DNA of 63,511 nt. Source: Solirubrobacterales bacterium. GTDB taxonomy: Bacteria; Actinomycetota; Thermoleophilia; Solirubrobacterales; Solirubrobacteraceae. Where the stretch lies: NCBI GenBank assembly GCA_044446505.1, contig JBIOEY010000001.1, forward strand, positions 1-63,511, written 5' to 3'. The position numbers and the translations under genes are program-made. Positions 27,704 to 35,857 of this stretch are shown here, one piece after another; positions within the stretch are counted from its first letter, which is position 1; each line of letters opens with the position of its first letter. The notes under the pieces are model-generated. The model was not told where the DNA came from. It made no database searches and saw nothing but the letters and a program-made list of their open reading frames with translations.

Positions 27704-28917
27704 GTCTGGAGCTCCAGCTGCGAGAGCTCCCCGACGATCGTCGGAGCGGCGAGCGCGTAGCGGGCGAGCGCGGGCAGCGGCCTGACGCCGTCCGGCCCAC
27801 GTCGTATGAGCCGCAGGGCCGCGAGCCGCTCAAGCGCCGTGTCGACGAGCGCGACCTCGGCGCCGGGCTCGCGTGCGCTGCGACGCCAGTACGCCCGGTG
27901 CTCCTTCGCGAGCCGCCGTACGAGTTCGTGCAGAGCGGCCTCGGGGATCGAAGGCGAGGACCCCCGCGCAAGGTGTTCGGCCAGCAGCAGCGTGACGTGG
28001 CCGTCGGTGCCCGTGTCCGGCATCCGCACATCCGTCAGGTCGTCGTCGGGGTCGACCATCGCGATCCCCTCGGCGCGCACCTCGGCCACGAGCCCCGTCA
28101 GCTCGGAGATGCGCCGCGTGAGCGCGGCCCGCTGACCGGTCAGGTAGGCGGCACGCGTGGGGTCGAGCTCGTCGTTGTAGAGAACGGGATCGTCGAGCAG
28201 GCGCCGCGTGAGGTGATGGCGCAGCGCGCGGTTGCGCAGCTCCTCGGCTTCGGGCAGGGGGTCGGCGGCAAGCTGGGCGAGTCGCTCGGCAAAGTCCTGA
28301 GCGGCGATCGTCGAGGGTCCGCGGGGCGCGGCGAGCACCACCGCGAGCACCCGTCGCTGCACGTCGTAGAGCGCGTCTCCGGTGTCGCGCACGAACGCCT
28401 CCTCCTCGCCGGCCACGCGGGCGAGCACTCCGAGCTCGAGCAGCAGCCGCACGACTGCCACGAGGTCCGCGCGCTCCTCGCGTCCTTCGAGGTTGAACGC
28501 GACGCCCGCCTGTGCGAGGCGCTCGTCGGTGGCTGCCAGGATCACGCCTTCGGCAAGGCGCCCGAGGGTGATCTGCGCATCGGAGCGCTCGAGCACCGAC
28601 AGGGCGAGGCACGTGAGCACGTAGCGCCGGCGGCTGAATGGCAGGCGCGAGCGCGCCTCGCGCGCGGGGTGGGTCGGGTCGTCGATCGTGGGGGCGAGCT
28701 TGACCAGTCTCGCGACCTCGCTGTCGACGATCAGCCGCCAGCCCGTGTTCGCGTCGAACCACGAGCGCAGCTCGCCGGCGTGACGCCGGACAAGGCGGAA
28801 GTCCTCCGCCTCGGCACCGCCGGCGCGTAGCAGCGGCCGGCGCAGCAGCGCGCGGGCCGCCCGTCGCAGCTCCGCCGACCGCGCATGGTCGAGCGCGCTT
28901 TCGAGTGCATGGCTCAC
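27700..28917 (-). CDS. jetB: Wadjet type II JetB (TIGR02678-like)
   Basis: LRRAARALLRRPLL, WFDANTGWRL, FSRRRY, LTRRLLDDPVLY, EVRAEG; GTGA overlaps with both neighbours. Confidence 0.88.
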   Translation of the reverse strand: MSHALESALDHARSAELRRAARALLRRPLLRAGGAEAEDFRLVRRHAGELRSWFDANTGWRLIVDSEVARLVKLAPTIDDPTHPAREARSRLPFSRRRYVLTCLALSVLERSDAQITLGRLAEGVILAATDERLAQAGVAFNLEGREERADLVAVVRLLLELGVLARVAGEEEAFVRDTGDALYDVQRRVLAVVLAAPRGPSTIAAQDFAERLAQLAADPLPEAEELRNRALRHHLTRRLLDDPVLYNDELDPTRAAYLTGQRAALTRRISELTGLVAEVRAEGIAMVDPDDDLTDVRMPDTGTDGHVTLLLAEHLARGSSPSIPEAALHELVRRLAKEHRAYWRRSAREPGAEVALVDTALERLAALRLIRRGPDGVRPLPALARYALAAPTIVGELSQLELQT

Positions 28918-30497
28918 GCCAGGACCGTCACTGCGCCGTTCAGACGGGGAGCGAGGTCGGCGATCTCGACCACGTGATCGGGCCCGCGAAAGACGCCGGC
29001 GGGCGTGCGGATCTCGACCAGCGCGGCGTCCGCAAGCGCGAGGAGCCGGATGTGGAGGGTGCCGTCGGTGGTCGTGGTGGCGACCTCGCGCTGGCCCGGG
29101 CGGCGGGCGGCGAGGGCGTCGCCCAGCAGCGCGAGGAACAGGCCGAAGGCATCGCGGTCGAGCTCGCCCAGCTCGCCGAGATTGGTCGGCCGGCCCGTGG
29201 CGAGGCGGGCTCGCGCGGCGGCTGTCTGCTCGGCCTGCCGCGCGGCGAGCTCCGCCAGCAGACGGCGGCCGTCCTCGCGGTCGGCGATGCGGTTGGGGTG
29301 GCCGCGGCGCTCGTAGCTGCCGGTGCGCCGCAGCCGTGGGCTGATGTGCAGAGGAGGCGCCTGCGTCCAGGACGTGGACGCCGGCACGGGCTGCTCCTCG
29401 CGCGCGCGGAACGTCTCGTCGTCGAGGACGAGGTGTCGCGACCCGTATACGCCGAACGCGCTGCGCCACAGCCGGTGCAGGGCATCGTCGTCGGGTGCCT
29501 CGGCAAACCACAGCGCGAGCGCACGGAAGTCGGCCGAGCGGTCGGAGCGTCCGGAGCGGCGCTCGTTGAGCGTCGCCACCACCGCGAGCAGATCGGGGAT
29601 CGCCTGGCGCGCGCGGCTGCGCAGCAGCTTGGCCTGGCTCGGGTGGCCGGGCTCCGAGACGAACCACTGGCGCAGCCCGCGCCAGCGCTCCTCCCAGGCC
29701 GCCAGGCCGGCGAGATAGGCGGCCTCGCGGGGGTCCTCGCCGTCGATCTCGCGCTCGGAGCCGCCCGGTGCGGCGTCCTCGGCGTCGCGGCGTGCGGCGA
29801 TGCCCAGCAGACGCGACACCTCGGCGTCCTCGAGCTCGTCGAGCAGCCCGGAGATCTCCCCGCCCACGGTGACGAGGTCCTTGATGAACCGCTCGAGGTA
29901 GTCGACAAGGTGGTCCTTGTAGGCGCGGAAGGCGTCCACGTCGGCGTCGTAGAGGTCGATCGTGCGCTGCAGCGACCCCATGAACGCCTGGGCGTTGTCG
30001 GCGAGGTCGGTGAAGCGGGCGACGAGGTCGCGCAGCGCCACCCCCACACGTCCGGGGTCAGGCTGAGCGTGGACGGCGAGCTCGCGCAACTCCCGCAGCT
30101 GGGTCGCGATGTCCGCCAGCGCGACCGCCTGCAGCGCGCCGCGCCGCCCGAGCTGCTCGTCGTACACCGCAAGTGCCCGCTCCGCGGCCTCGCCCGGGCG
30201 GGTCAGCTGATAGAGAAAGCGGGCGCGATGGAAGTCCTCGACCGTCGTGACCCGGCTCGTATCGGGGTCGGCCCGCAGGTTGCCCCACTCCACGAGCTGC
30301 CCGAGCGCGTCGGCGAGGGCCTCCACAGGTACGTGCCCATCCGACTCGGAGCGGGCGAGGGCCTCGTGGAGGTCCTCGGTGCGCAGATGCACCACGAAGC
30401 GCCGCTTCGCGGCGACGAACTCTCCCATCACCCGCCTGTACAACACCACGTTTGGTGTCGCGAGGTGGGCGAACGGTCTAAATCCGGACGGTTCCAC
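28914..30497 (-). CDS. jetA: Wadjet type II JetA (TIGR02677-like)
   Basis: FAHLAT...LYRRVM, QLVEWGNL, RFLYQLT, FRAYKDHLVDYLERF, DRSADFRALALWF. Confidence 0.9.
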   Translation of the reverse strand: MEPSGFRPFAHLATPNVVLYRRVMGEFVAAKRRFVVHLRTEDLHEALARSESDGHVPVEALADALGQLVEWGNLRADPDTSRVTTVEDFHRARFLYQLTRPGEAAERALAVYDEQLGRRGALQAVALADIATQLRELRELAVHAQPDPGRVGVALRDLVARFTDLADNAQAFMGSLQRTIDLYDADVDAFRAYKDHLVDYLERFIKDLVTVGGEISGLLDELEDAEVSRLLGIAARRDAEDAAPGGSEREIDGEDPREAAYLAGLAAWEERWRGLRQWFVSEPGHPSQAKLLRSRARQAIPDLLAVVATLNERRSGRSDRSADFRALALWFAEAPDDDALHRLWRSAFGVYGSRHLVLDDETFRAREEQPVPASTSWTQAPPLHISPRLRRTGSYERRGHPNRIADREDGRRLLAELAARQAEQTAAARARLATGRPTNLGELGELDRDAFGLFLALLGDALAARRPGQREVATTTTDGTLHIRLLALADAALVEIRTPAGVFRGPDHVVEIADLAPRLNGAVTVLA

Positions 30498-30537
30498 ACT
30501 CGGGCACGTTAGCCCCCGAAGGGGACCGATGAGCGCA

Positions 30538-30656
30538 GCGCCGTCTATAGCCCCCTGCGAACGATTCCCTTCTCGGCGCGGCTCACGGCCCTGGCGACCA
30601 GCCCAAAAACGACTGTTACTTGCGGCGGATCGAGCGGTTACGACGACGGGCCTGCT
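30538..30656 (+). repeat. diverged copy of 13548-13663 (abiEii stop region + spacer + 3' end of the convergent gene)
   Basis: Colinear similarity as listed for 13548-13663. Confidence 0.9.
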
Positions 30657-31353
30657 TGGCGGCGGTGCGCTTCACGCGAGTGGCACTGGCCGCACGTCGT
30701 CTGGCTGGTGGGGTGTGTCCGCGGGGATCGTCACCCGCGGCAAGCTGTCTCATGTCGTACGCCGCGATCCACGCTTCGCCGGCCACCGGATCGTGCTCGT
30801 CGCACACGTAGCGCCCGTAGTCTCGCACCAGCGCATCGAGCAGGGCCTCCTCGACCATGTCGTCGACCGGGAAATGCTCCTCGTCTTCCTCTTCCAGCTC
30901 GGGGTAGGTGATCACGTGGCCCAGCGCTCCGGCGTCGCCGCTGATCGCACGGGCGAGAATGGGCAGGCATACGCCGGCTTCCATCGGCGCTGCGAGCTGC
31001 GCCTCGTTCATGTTGGCGATCGTGGCGCGCAGGCGCTCGGTCAGATCATGCACGGTCGACCGCTCGGCCCCTTCGGTGAGCTGGGCAAGCGCGGAGTCAA
31101 GCTCGCTCGCCGGCCCCGTGCCGGTCAGCAGCGCGTCGACCGCGACCGGGCCTTCGCCGCTGGCCTGGAGCGTCATGCACGCCACCTGCGGCGCGTCGCA
31201 TCCGGGACGGTCCAGGACGGCGACCCAGACCTCGCCAGAAGGAATCGCACTGCGCCAGACCTCTCTCACGGTGAGCGTGCCGAGCTCGTCGAGATGCATT
31301 CGCGTCGACGCACGAATGGCCGCAAGCTCATCGTCGGTGATGATCGCCGACAT
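30616..31353 (-). CDS. hypothetical protein with acidic core and basic C-terminal tail
   Basis: GAGG before ATG 31353; the tail QARRRNRSIRRK has a homologous remnant QARRRNRRSTRGK at 13661-13620. Confidence 0.7.
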   Translation of the reverse strand: MSAIITDDELAAIRASTRMHLDELGTLTVREVWRSAIPSGEVWVAVLDRPGCDAPQVACMTLQASGEGPVAVDALLTGTGPASELDSALAQLTEGAERSTVHDLTERLRATIANMNEAQLAAPMEAGVCLPILARAISGDAGALGHVITYPELEEEDEEHFPVDDMVEEALLDALVRDYGRYVCDEHDPVAGEAWIAAYDMRQLAAGDDPRGHTPPARRRAASATRVKRTAAKQARRRNRSIRRK

Positions 31354-31414
31354 GACCCTCAACCTAGAGCCCGCGCCGGACGGTGGCTTCGAAGGCCGGG
31401 GCCCGTCCTCGGGC

Positions 31415-31473
31415 TGGGGTCCAATTTGGGGTCCAAATTGAGACGAACTCGGAGGCACTCAGAAGCACTCAGA
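31415..31473. repeat. short tandem direct repeats, att arm-site-like
   Basis: TGGGGTCCAA x2 (31415, 31427) and GCACTCAGA x2 (31455, 31465). Confidence 0.6.
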
Positions 31474-31517
31474 GCCAGTAAACGCGGGCCGTGTAGCTTG
31501 AGAAGCACTGGAACCGG

Positions 31518-31564
31518 CGGGTTGTGGTCCCGGCGGTCGGGAGTTCGAGTCCCGTCGCTCACCC
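31518..31564 (+). pseudogene. 3' fragment of tRNA-His(GTG), probable att core
   Basis: CGGG-TTGTGGT-CCCG anticodon arm, GTTCGAGTCCCGT T-arm (5' stem imperfect), CGCTCACCC acceptor strand; no matching 5' acceptor strand or D-arm. Confidence 0.75.
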
Positions 31565-31622
31565 TCAGGAATTGCCTGGAAATCGTCATCTTTTGTTGTC
31601 GTGGGGTTGGAAGCGGCCGGCA

Positions 31623-31644
31623 GACGGGGAACGGACGGGGAACG
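31623..31644. repeat. perfect 11-bp tandem repeat, att arm-site-like
   Basis: GACGGGGAACG x2, about 60 bp downstream of the tRNA fragment. Confidence 0.6.
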
Positions 31645-31763
31645 AGACTCGCAACGGGGCTCGGCGTTCTTGGTGGGTCGACCGGCCTTGAGGCGGCCGT
31701 GCGAGCACGGGATGCGCCGCTCCTGAAGAATGTCGCCATGGACGTCATGGGGCGGTGGCCGGG

Positions 31764-34559
31764 ATGAGCGAGGAGGACGCTCTTTCGTACCTGACGCCCG
31801 AGGCGCGTGCGCGGGTCGAGATCGACCGGATGCTCGATCGCGCGGGCTGGATTGTGCAGAGCGCCGACCGGGCGAACCTCAAGGCCGGGCGTGGCGTGGC
31901 GGTGCGCGAGTTCCCCCTGAAGCCGGGGTATGGGCGGGTGGACTACATGCTGTTCGTCGACGGAGCGGCCGTCGGGGTGATCGAGGCCAAGAAGAAGGGC
32001 GAGACGCTCACCGGCGTGGAGTGGCAGTCGGCGAAGTACCTGGAAGGGCTGCCGAGTTGGGGGGACGGCGCGCTTGCGGGGTTCCTGCCGTTCGCGTATG
32101 AGTCCACGGGCGTGGAGACGCGCTTCACGAGCACGCTCGACCCGGAGCCGCGCAGTCGGGAAGTGTTCTGGTTCCACCGCCCCGAGACGCTGATGCGCTG
32201 GATCGGCGAATGGGTCGAGAACAACTTCGCCCCGACGCTGCGCCACCGCTTGAGGATGCTTCCCGACCTGCACGACAGCGGCCTGTGGCCTGCGCAGGCG
32301 ACGGCGATCCGCAACCTGGAGGTGTCGCTGGCACAGAACCGTCCGCGCGCGCTGATCCAGATGGCGACCGGCTCGGGCAAGACCTACACGGCGGCGAACG
32401 TCGCCTACCGGCTGATCAAGTTCGCCGGCGCAAAGCGTGTGCTGTTCCTCGTGGACCGTGCGAACCTGGGTCGTCAGACCCGCAAGGAGTTCCAGGCGTT
32501 CACGACGCCGGACGACGGGCGCAAGTTCACCGAGCTGTACAACGTCCAGCATCTCTCCTCGAACGTGATCGACCCGGTGTCGCGCGTCACGATCACGACG
32601 ATCCAGCGGCTCTACTCGATCCTGAAGGGCGATCCGGAGCTCGACCCCGAACTGGACGAGCGCTCCGGCTACGACCTGGCGCCGAGCGAGCCGGTCGCGG
32701 TTGACTACAACCCGACGGTCCCGATCGAGACGTTCGACGTGGTCGTCGTCGATGAGTGCCACCGCTCGATCTACGGCGTGTGGCGTCAGGTGCTCGACTA
32801 CTTCGACGCCTACATCATCGGCCTGACGGCCACCCCGAACAAGCAGGCGTTCGGTTTCTTCAACCAGAACCTCGTGATGGAGTACAGCCACGAGCAGGCC
32901 GTCGCCGATCAGGTCAACGTCGACTTCGACGTCTACCGAATCCGAACCGAGATCACCGAGCGCGGCGGCACGATCGACGCGGGTCTGGTCACCGGCTTCC
33001 GTGACCGCAAGACGCGCGATATGCGCTGGCAGCGCCTGGACGAGGAGGTCGCCTACAACGCGCAGGCGCTCGACCGGGCGGTCGTCGCGAAGGACCAGAT
33101 CCGCACCGTGATCCGGGCGTTCAAGGAGCGTCTGTTCAGCGAGATATTCCCCGGCCGCAGCGAGGTCCCGAAGACGCTGATCTTCGCCAAGGACGACTCG
33201 CACGCCGACGACATCGTGCAGATCGTGCGCGAAGAGTTCGCCAAGGGCGACGACTTCGCCGTGAAGATCACCTACAAGTCGACCGGCCGCAAGCCGGATG
33301 AGATGATCGCCGAGCTGCGCAACAGCTACAACCCGCGGATCGCGGTCACGGTGGACATGATCGCGACCGGCACCGACGTCCGCCCGCTGGAGTGCGTGTT
33401 CTTCATGCGCGCCGTGAAGAGCCGCACCTACTTCGAGCAGATGAAGGGCCGCGGCGTGCGCATCATCGACGAGGCGGACCTGCAGGCGGTCACGCCCGAC
33501 GCGCAGGCCAAGACGCACTTCGTGATCATCGACGCCGTCGGCGTGACGGAGACCGACCTCGACGACACCCAGCCGCTCGACCGCGAACCGACGGTGCCGC
33601 TCGAGCGACTGCTCAAGCAGGTCACGTTCGGAAGCCGCGACCCGCAGGTGATCTCCTCGATCGCCGGCCGCATAGCCCGTCTGGAGCGTCGCCTGAGCGA
33701 CACCGATCGTGGCGAGCTGGAGGATCTCGCGGGCACGACGCTGCGCGACCTCACGCGCACGATCGTCGATGCGCTCGACCCCGACCGCCACGTTCAGGCC
33801 GCGAGCGAAGCCGCCGGCGGAGCGGAGCCGACTGGCGAGCAGGTCGCGGCCGCCGCGAAGCGACTGCTCGAGGAGGCCGTCGAGCCGCTCGTCACCAAGC
33901 CGGAGCTGCGCGAGCGCCTGGTGGACATCCGGCGCTCCTACGAGCAGGCGATCGACGAGTACTCGAAGGACAGGGTGATCGAAGCGGCCCACTCGCGTGA
34001 CGGCCTCGACCGGGCGCGCGCGACGATCGACTCCTTCCGCGAGTTCATCGAGGAGCACAGGGACGAGATCACCGCGCTTCAGATCCTCTACAGCCGCCCC
34101 TACCGCGAGCGGCTCACGTTCAAGGAGATCAAGGAGTTCGCGAACGCGATCGAGCGGCCGCCCCACCGCTGGACGCCCGAGGCGCTGTGGCAGGCGTACG
34201 AGACGCTCGACCGCTCGAAGGTCCACGGCTCCGGTGGGCGCGTCCTGACCAACCTCGTCTCGCTCGTCCGCTTCGCGCTGGAGCAGGAGAGCGAACTCGT
34301 GCCCTACCCCCAGCTCGTTGAGGAGCGCTTCCGGACATGGCTGCTACAGCAGGAGAACGCCGGACGGACCTTCACACCCGAGCAGCTCGCCTGGCTGGAG
34401 CACATCCGCGACCACGTCGCCGCCTCGCTCGCGATCAGCCCCGACGACTTCGAATACGCCCCCTTCTCGCAGCAGGGCGGGCTCGGGAAGGCGTACGAGG
34501 TGTTTGGGGATGAGTTGACGCCGTTGTTGGATGAGCTGAATGAGGCACTGGTGGCATGA
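31764..34559 (+). CDS. hsdR: type I restriction endonuclease subunit R
   Basis: VDYML...IEAKK nuclease, MATGSGKT, DECHRS, GLTATP, QMKGRG helicase motifs; EcoEI-like C-terminus. Confidence 0.95.
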   Translation: MSEEDALSYLTPEARARVEIDRMLDRAGWIVQSADRANLKAGRGVAVREFPLKPGYGRVDYMLFVDGAAVGVIEAKKKGETLTGVEWQSAKYLEGLPSWGDGALAGFLPFAYESTGVETRFTSTLDPEPRSREVFWFHRPETLMRWIGEWVENNFAPTLRHRLRMLPDLHDSGLWPAQATAIRNLEVSLAQNRPRALIQMATGSGKTYTAANVAYRLIKFAGAKRVLFLVDRANLGRQTRKEFQAFTTPDDGRKFTELYNVQHLSSNVIDPVSRVTITTIQRLYSILKGDPELDPELDERSGYDLAPSEPVAVDYNPTVPIETFDVVVVDECHRSIYGVWRQVLDYFDAYIIGLTATPNKQAFGFFNQNLVMEYSHEQAVADQVNVDFDVYRIRTEITERGGTIDAGLVTGFRDRKTRDMRWQRLDEEVAYNAQALDRAVVAKDQIRTVIRAFKERLFSEIFPGRSEVPKTLIFAKDDSHADDIVQIVREEFAKGDDFAVKITYKSTGRKPDEMIAELRNSYNPRIAVTVDMIATGTDVRPLECVFFMRAVKSRTYFEQMKGRGVRIIDEADLQAVTPDAQAKTHFVIIDAVGVTETDLDDTQPLDREPTVPLERLLKQVTFGSRDPQVISSIAGRIARLERRLSDTDRGELEDLAGTTLRDLTRTIVDALDPDRHVQAASEAAGGAEPTGEQVAAAAKRLLEEAVEPLVTKPELRERLVDIRRSYEQAIDEYSKDRVIEAAHSRDGLDRARATIDSFREFIEEHRDEITALQILYSRPYRERLTFKEIKEFANAIERPPHRWTPEALWQAYETLDRSKVHGSGGRVLTNLVSLVRFALEQESELVPYPQLVEERFRTWLLQQENAGRTFTPEQLAWLEHIRDHVAASLAISPDDFEYAPFSQQGGLGKAYEVFGDELTPLLDELNEALVA

Positions 34560-35857
34560 CGGCGCTGCCACCCGGATGGGTCGAATCCACCCTCAGCGAA
34601 ATTGCAGACTGGGGCTCAGGCGGCACGCCGCGCGCAACGGAGCCGAGCTACTACGGAGGATGCACACCTTGGGCAGTAATAGGGGATCTCGCCGACGGCC
34701 TCGTTTCACGCACGGAGTCGTCTCTCACGGAGCGAGGACTTGCTGAGAGCAGCGCAAAGTTGGTCGAGCCAGGGACGGTGCTCGTGGCTATGTACGGCTC
34801 GATCGGGAAGCTCGGGATCGCCGGCATGCGCATGGCCACGAATCAGGCGATAGCGTTTGCGCGACCGCGAGCCGGTCTCGATCCGAAGTACCTCTTCTTG
34901 TTCCTTCGACGCGAGCGAAGTGCGTTGTCAGCCGCCGGAAAGGGCGCGACGCAGCGCAACATTAGCCAGACGATCCTCAGATCGTGGCCCATTCCGATCG
35001 CGCCGGTTGAGGAGCAGAAACGCATCGTGGCGGCGATAGAGGAGCAGTTTTCGCGGCTGGATGATGCTGAAAAACTCCTCGAGCGAGCCCTGCGTGGTAT
35101 AGGGGTTTTTCGCGCGTATATGCTCTCGACAGCCTTCGTCGGTGACTGGCAGTGGACGACACTCGGCGAAATTGCAGATATAGCGGGTGGCGTCACCAAG
35201 GACGCCAAGCGCCAGTCCGATCCGTCCTTCGTCGCGGTTCCGTACTTGAGGGTAGCGAATGTGCAGCGTGGCTTTCTCGACCTGGCAGAGGTCACAACGA
35301 TCCGCGTTGCACCGGAGAAGGCGAGAGCGCTGGAGCTGAAACCCGGTGATGTCCTGTTCAACGAGGGTGGTGACCGCGATAAGTTGGGGCGTGGCTGGGT
35401 CTGGTCAGGTGAGATCGAGGGCTGCATCCACCAGAACCACGTCTTCCGCGCGAGGCTCAGGGAGGGCTTCGATCCGAAGTTCGTGTCATGGCACGGCAAC
35501 ATCTTCGGGCGACGATGGTTCGAAGAACACGGCCGCCAGACCACGAACCTCGCTTCACTGAATCTCAAAACGCTCAAATCATTTCCCGTGCCGGTTCCGC
35601 CGCTCGATGAGCAGTTACGCATCGTCTCGGAGCTTGAACAACGACTGTCGTTAATCGACGCGCTCGCCGTTGAGGTCGCTCGGGCTGGGAGTCGCAGCGC
35701 GGTGCTTCGCCGCTCCATCTTGGGGCGGGCGTTCACGGGCAGGCTCGTCCCGCAGGACCCCGCCGACGAGCCAGCCTCGGTGCTGTTGGAGCGAATTGCG
35801 GCTGCCCGTGCGAGTGAGCCGAAGGTTTCGCGCAGGCGAAGGAGGGTTCCCGCATGA
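34556..35857 (+). CDS. hsdS: type I R-M specificity subunit S
   Basis: LPPGW, SGGTP, two TRDs with IAPVEEQKRIV and VPPLDEQLRIV repeats, AFTGRLVPQDP. Confidence 0.93.
   Translation: MTALPPGWVESTLSEIADWGSGGTPRATEPSYYGGCTPWAVIGDLADGLVSRTESSLTERGLAESSAKLVEPGTVLVAMYGSIGKLGIAGMRMATNQAIAFARPRAGLDPKYLFLFLRRERSALSAAGKGATQRNISQTILRSWPIPIAPVEEQKRIVAAIEEQFSRLDDAEKLLERALRGIGVFRAYMLSTAFVGDWQWTTLGEIADIAGGVTKDAKRQSDPSFVAVPYLRVANVQRGFLDLAEVTTIRVAPEKARALELKPGDVLFNEGGDRDKLGRGWVWSGEIEGCIHQNHVFRARLREGFDPKFVSWHGNIFGRRWFEEHGRQTTNLASLNLKTLKSFPVPVPPLDEQLRIVSELEQRLSLIDALAVEVARAGSRSAVLRRSILGRAFTGRLVPQDPADEPASVLLERIAAARASEPKVSRRRRRVPA

Noticed and set aside
28918-29667. 655-aa JetB, and similar extensions at 16635, 41110 and 49868
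   Set aside because: Out-of-frame overlap with neighbouring genes; stop/start coupling or an RBS defines the shorter starts
22083-30497. Four-gene SMC operon as a novel system
   Set aside because: Matches the described Wadjet type II organisation; only its insertion context is unusual
31480-31567. Complete tRNA-His gene
   Set aside because: No 5' acceptor strand or D-arm, and the T-stem is mispaired; only a 3' fragment
31359-34226. 955-aa minus-strand ORF, and similar long ORFs at 14686-17031, 23564-25642, 49665-51599 and 4416-6488
   Set aside because: Antisense shadows of motif-bearing genes in high-GC DNA
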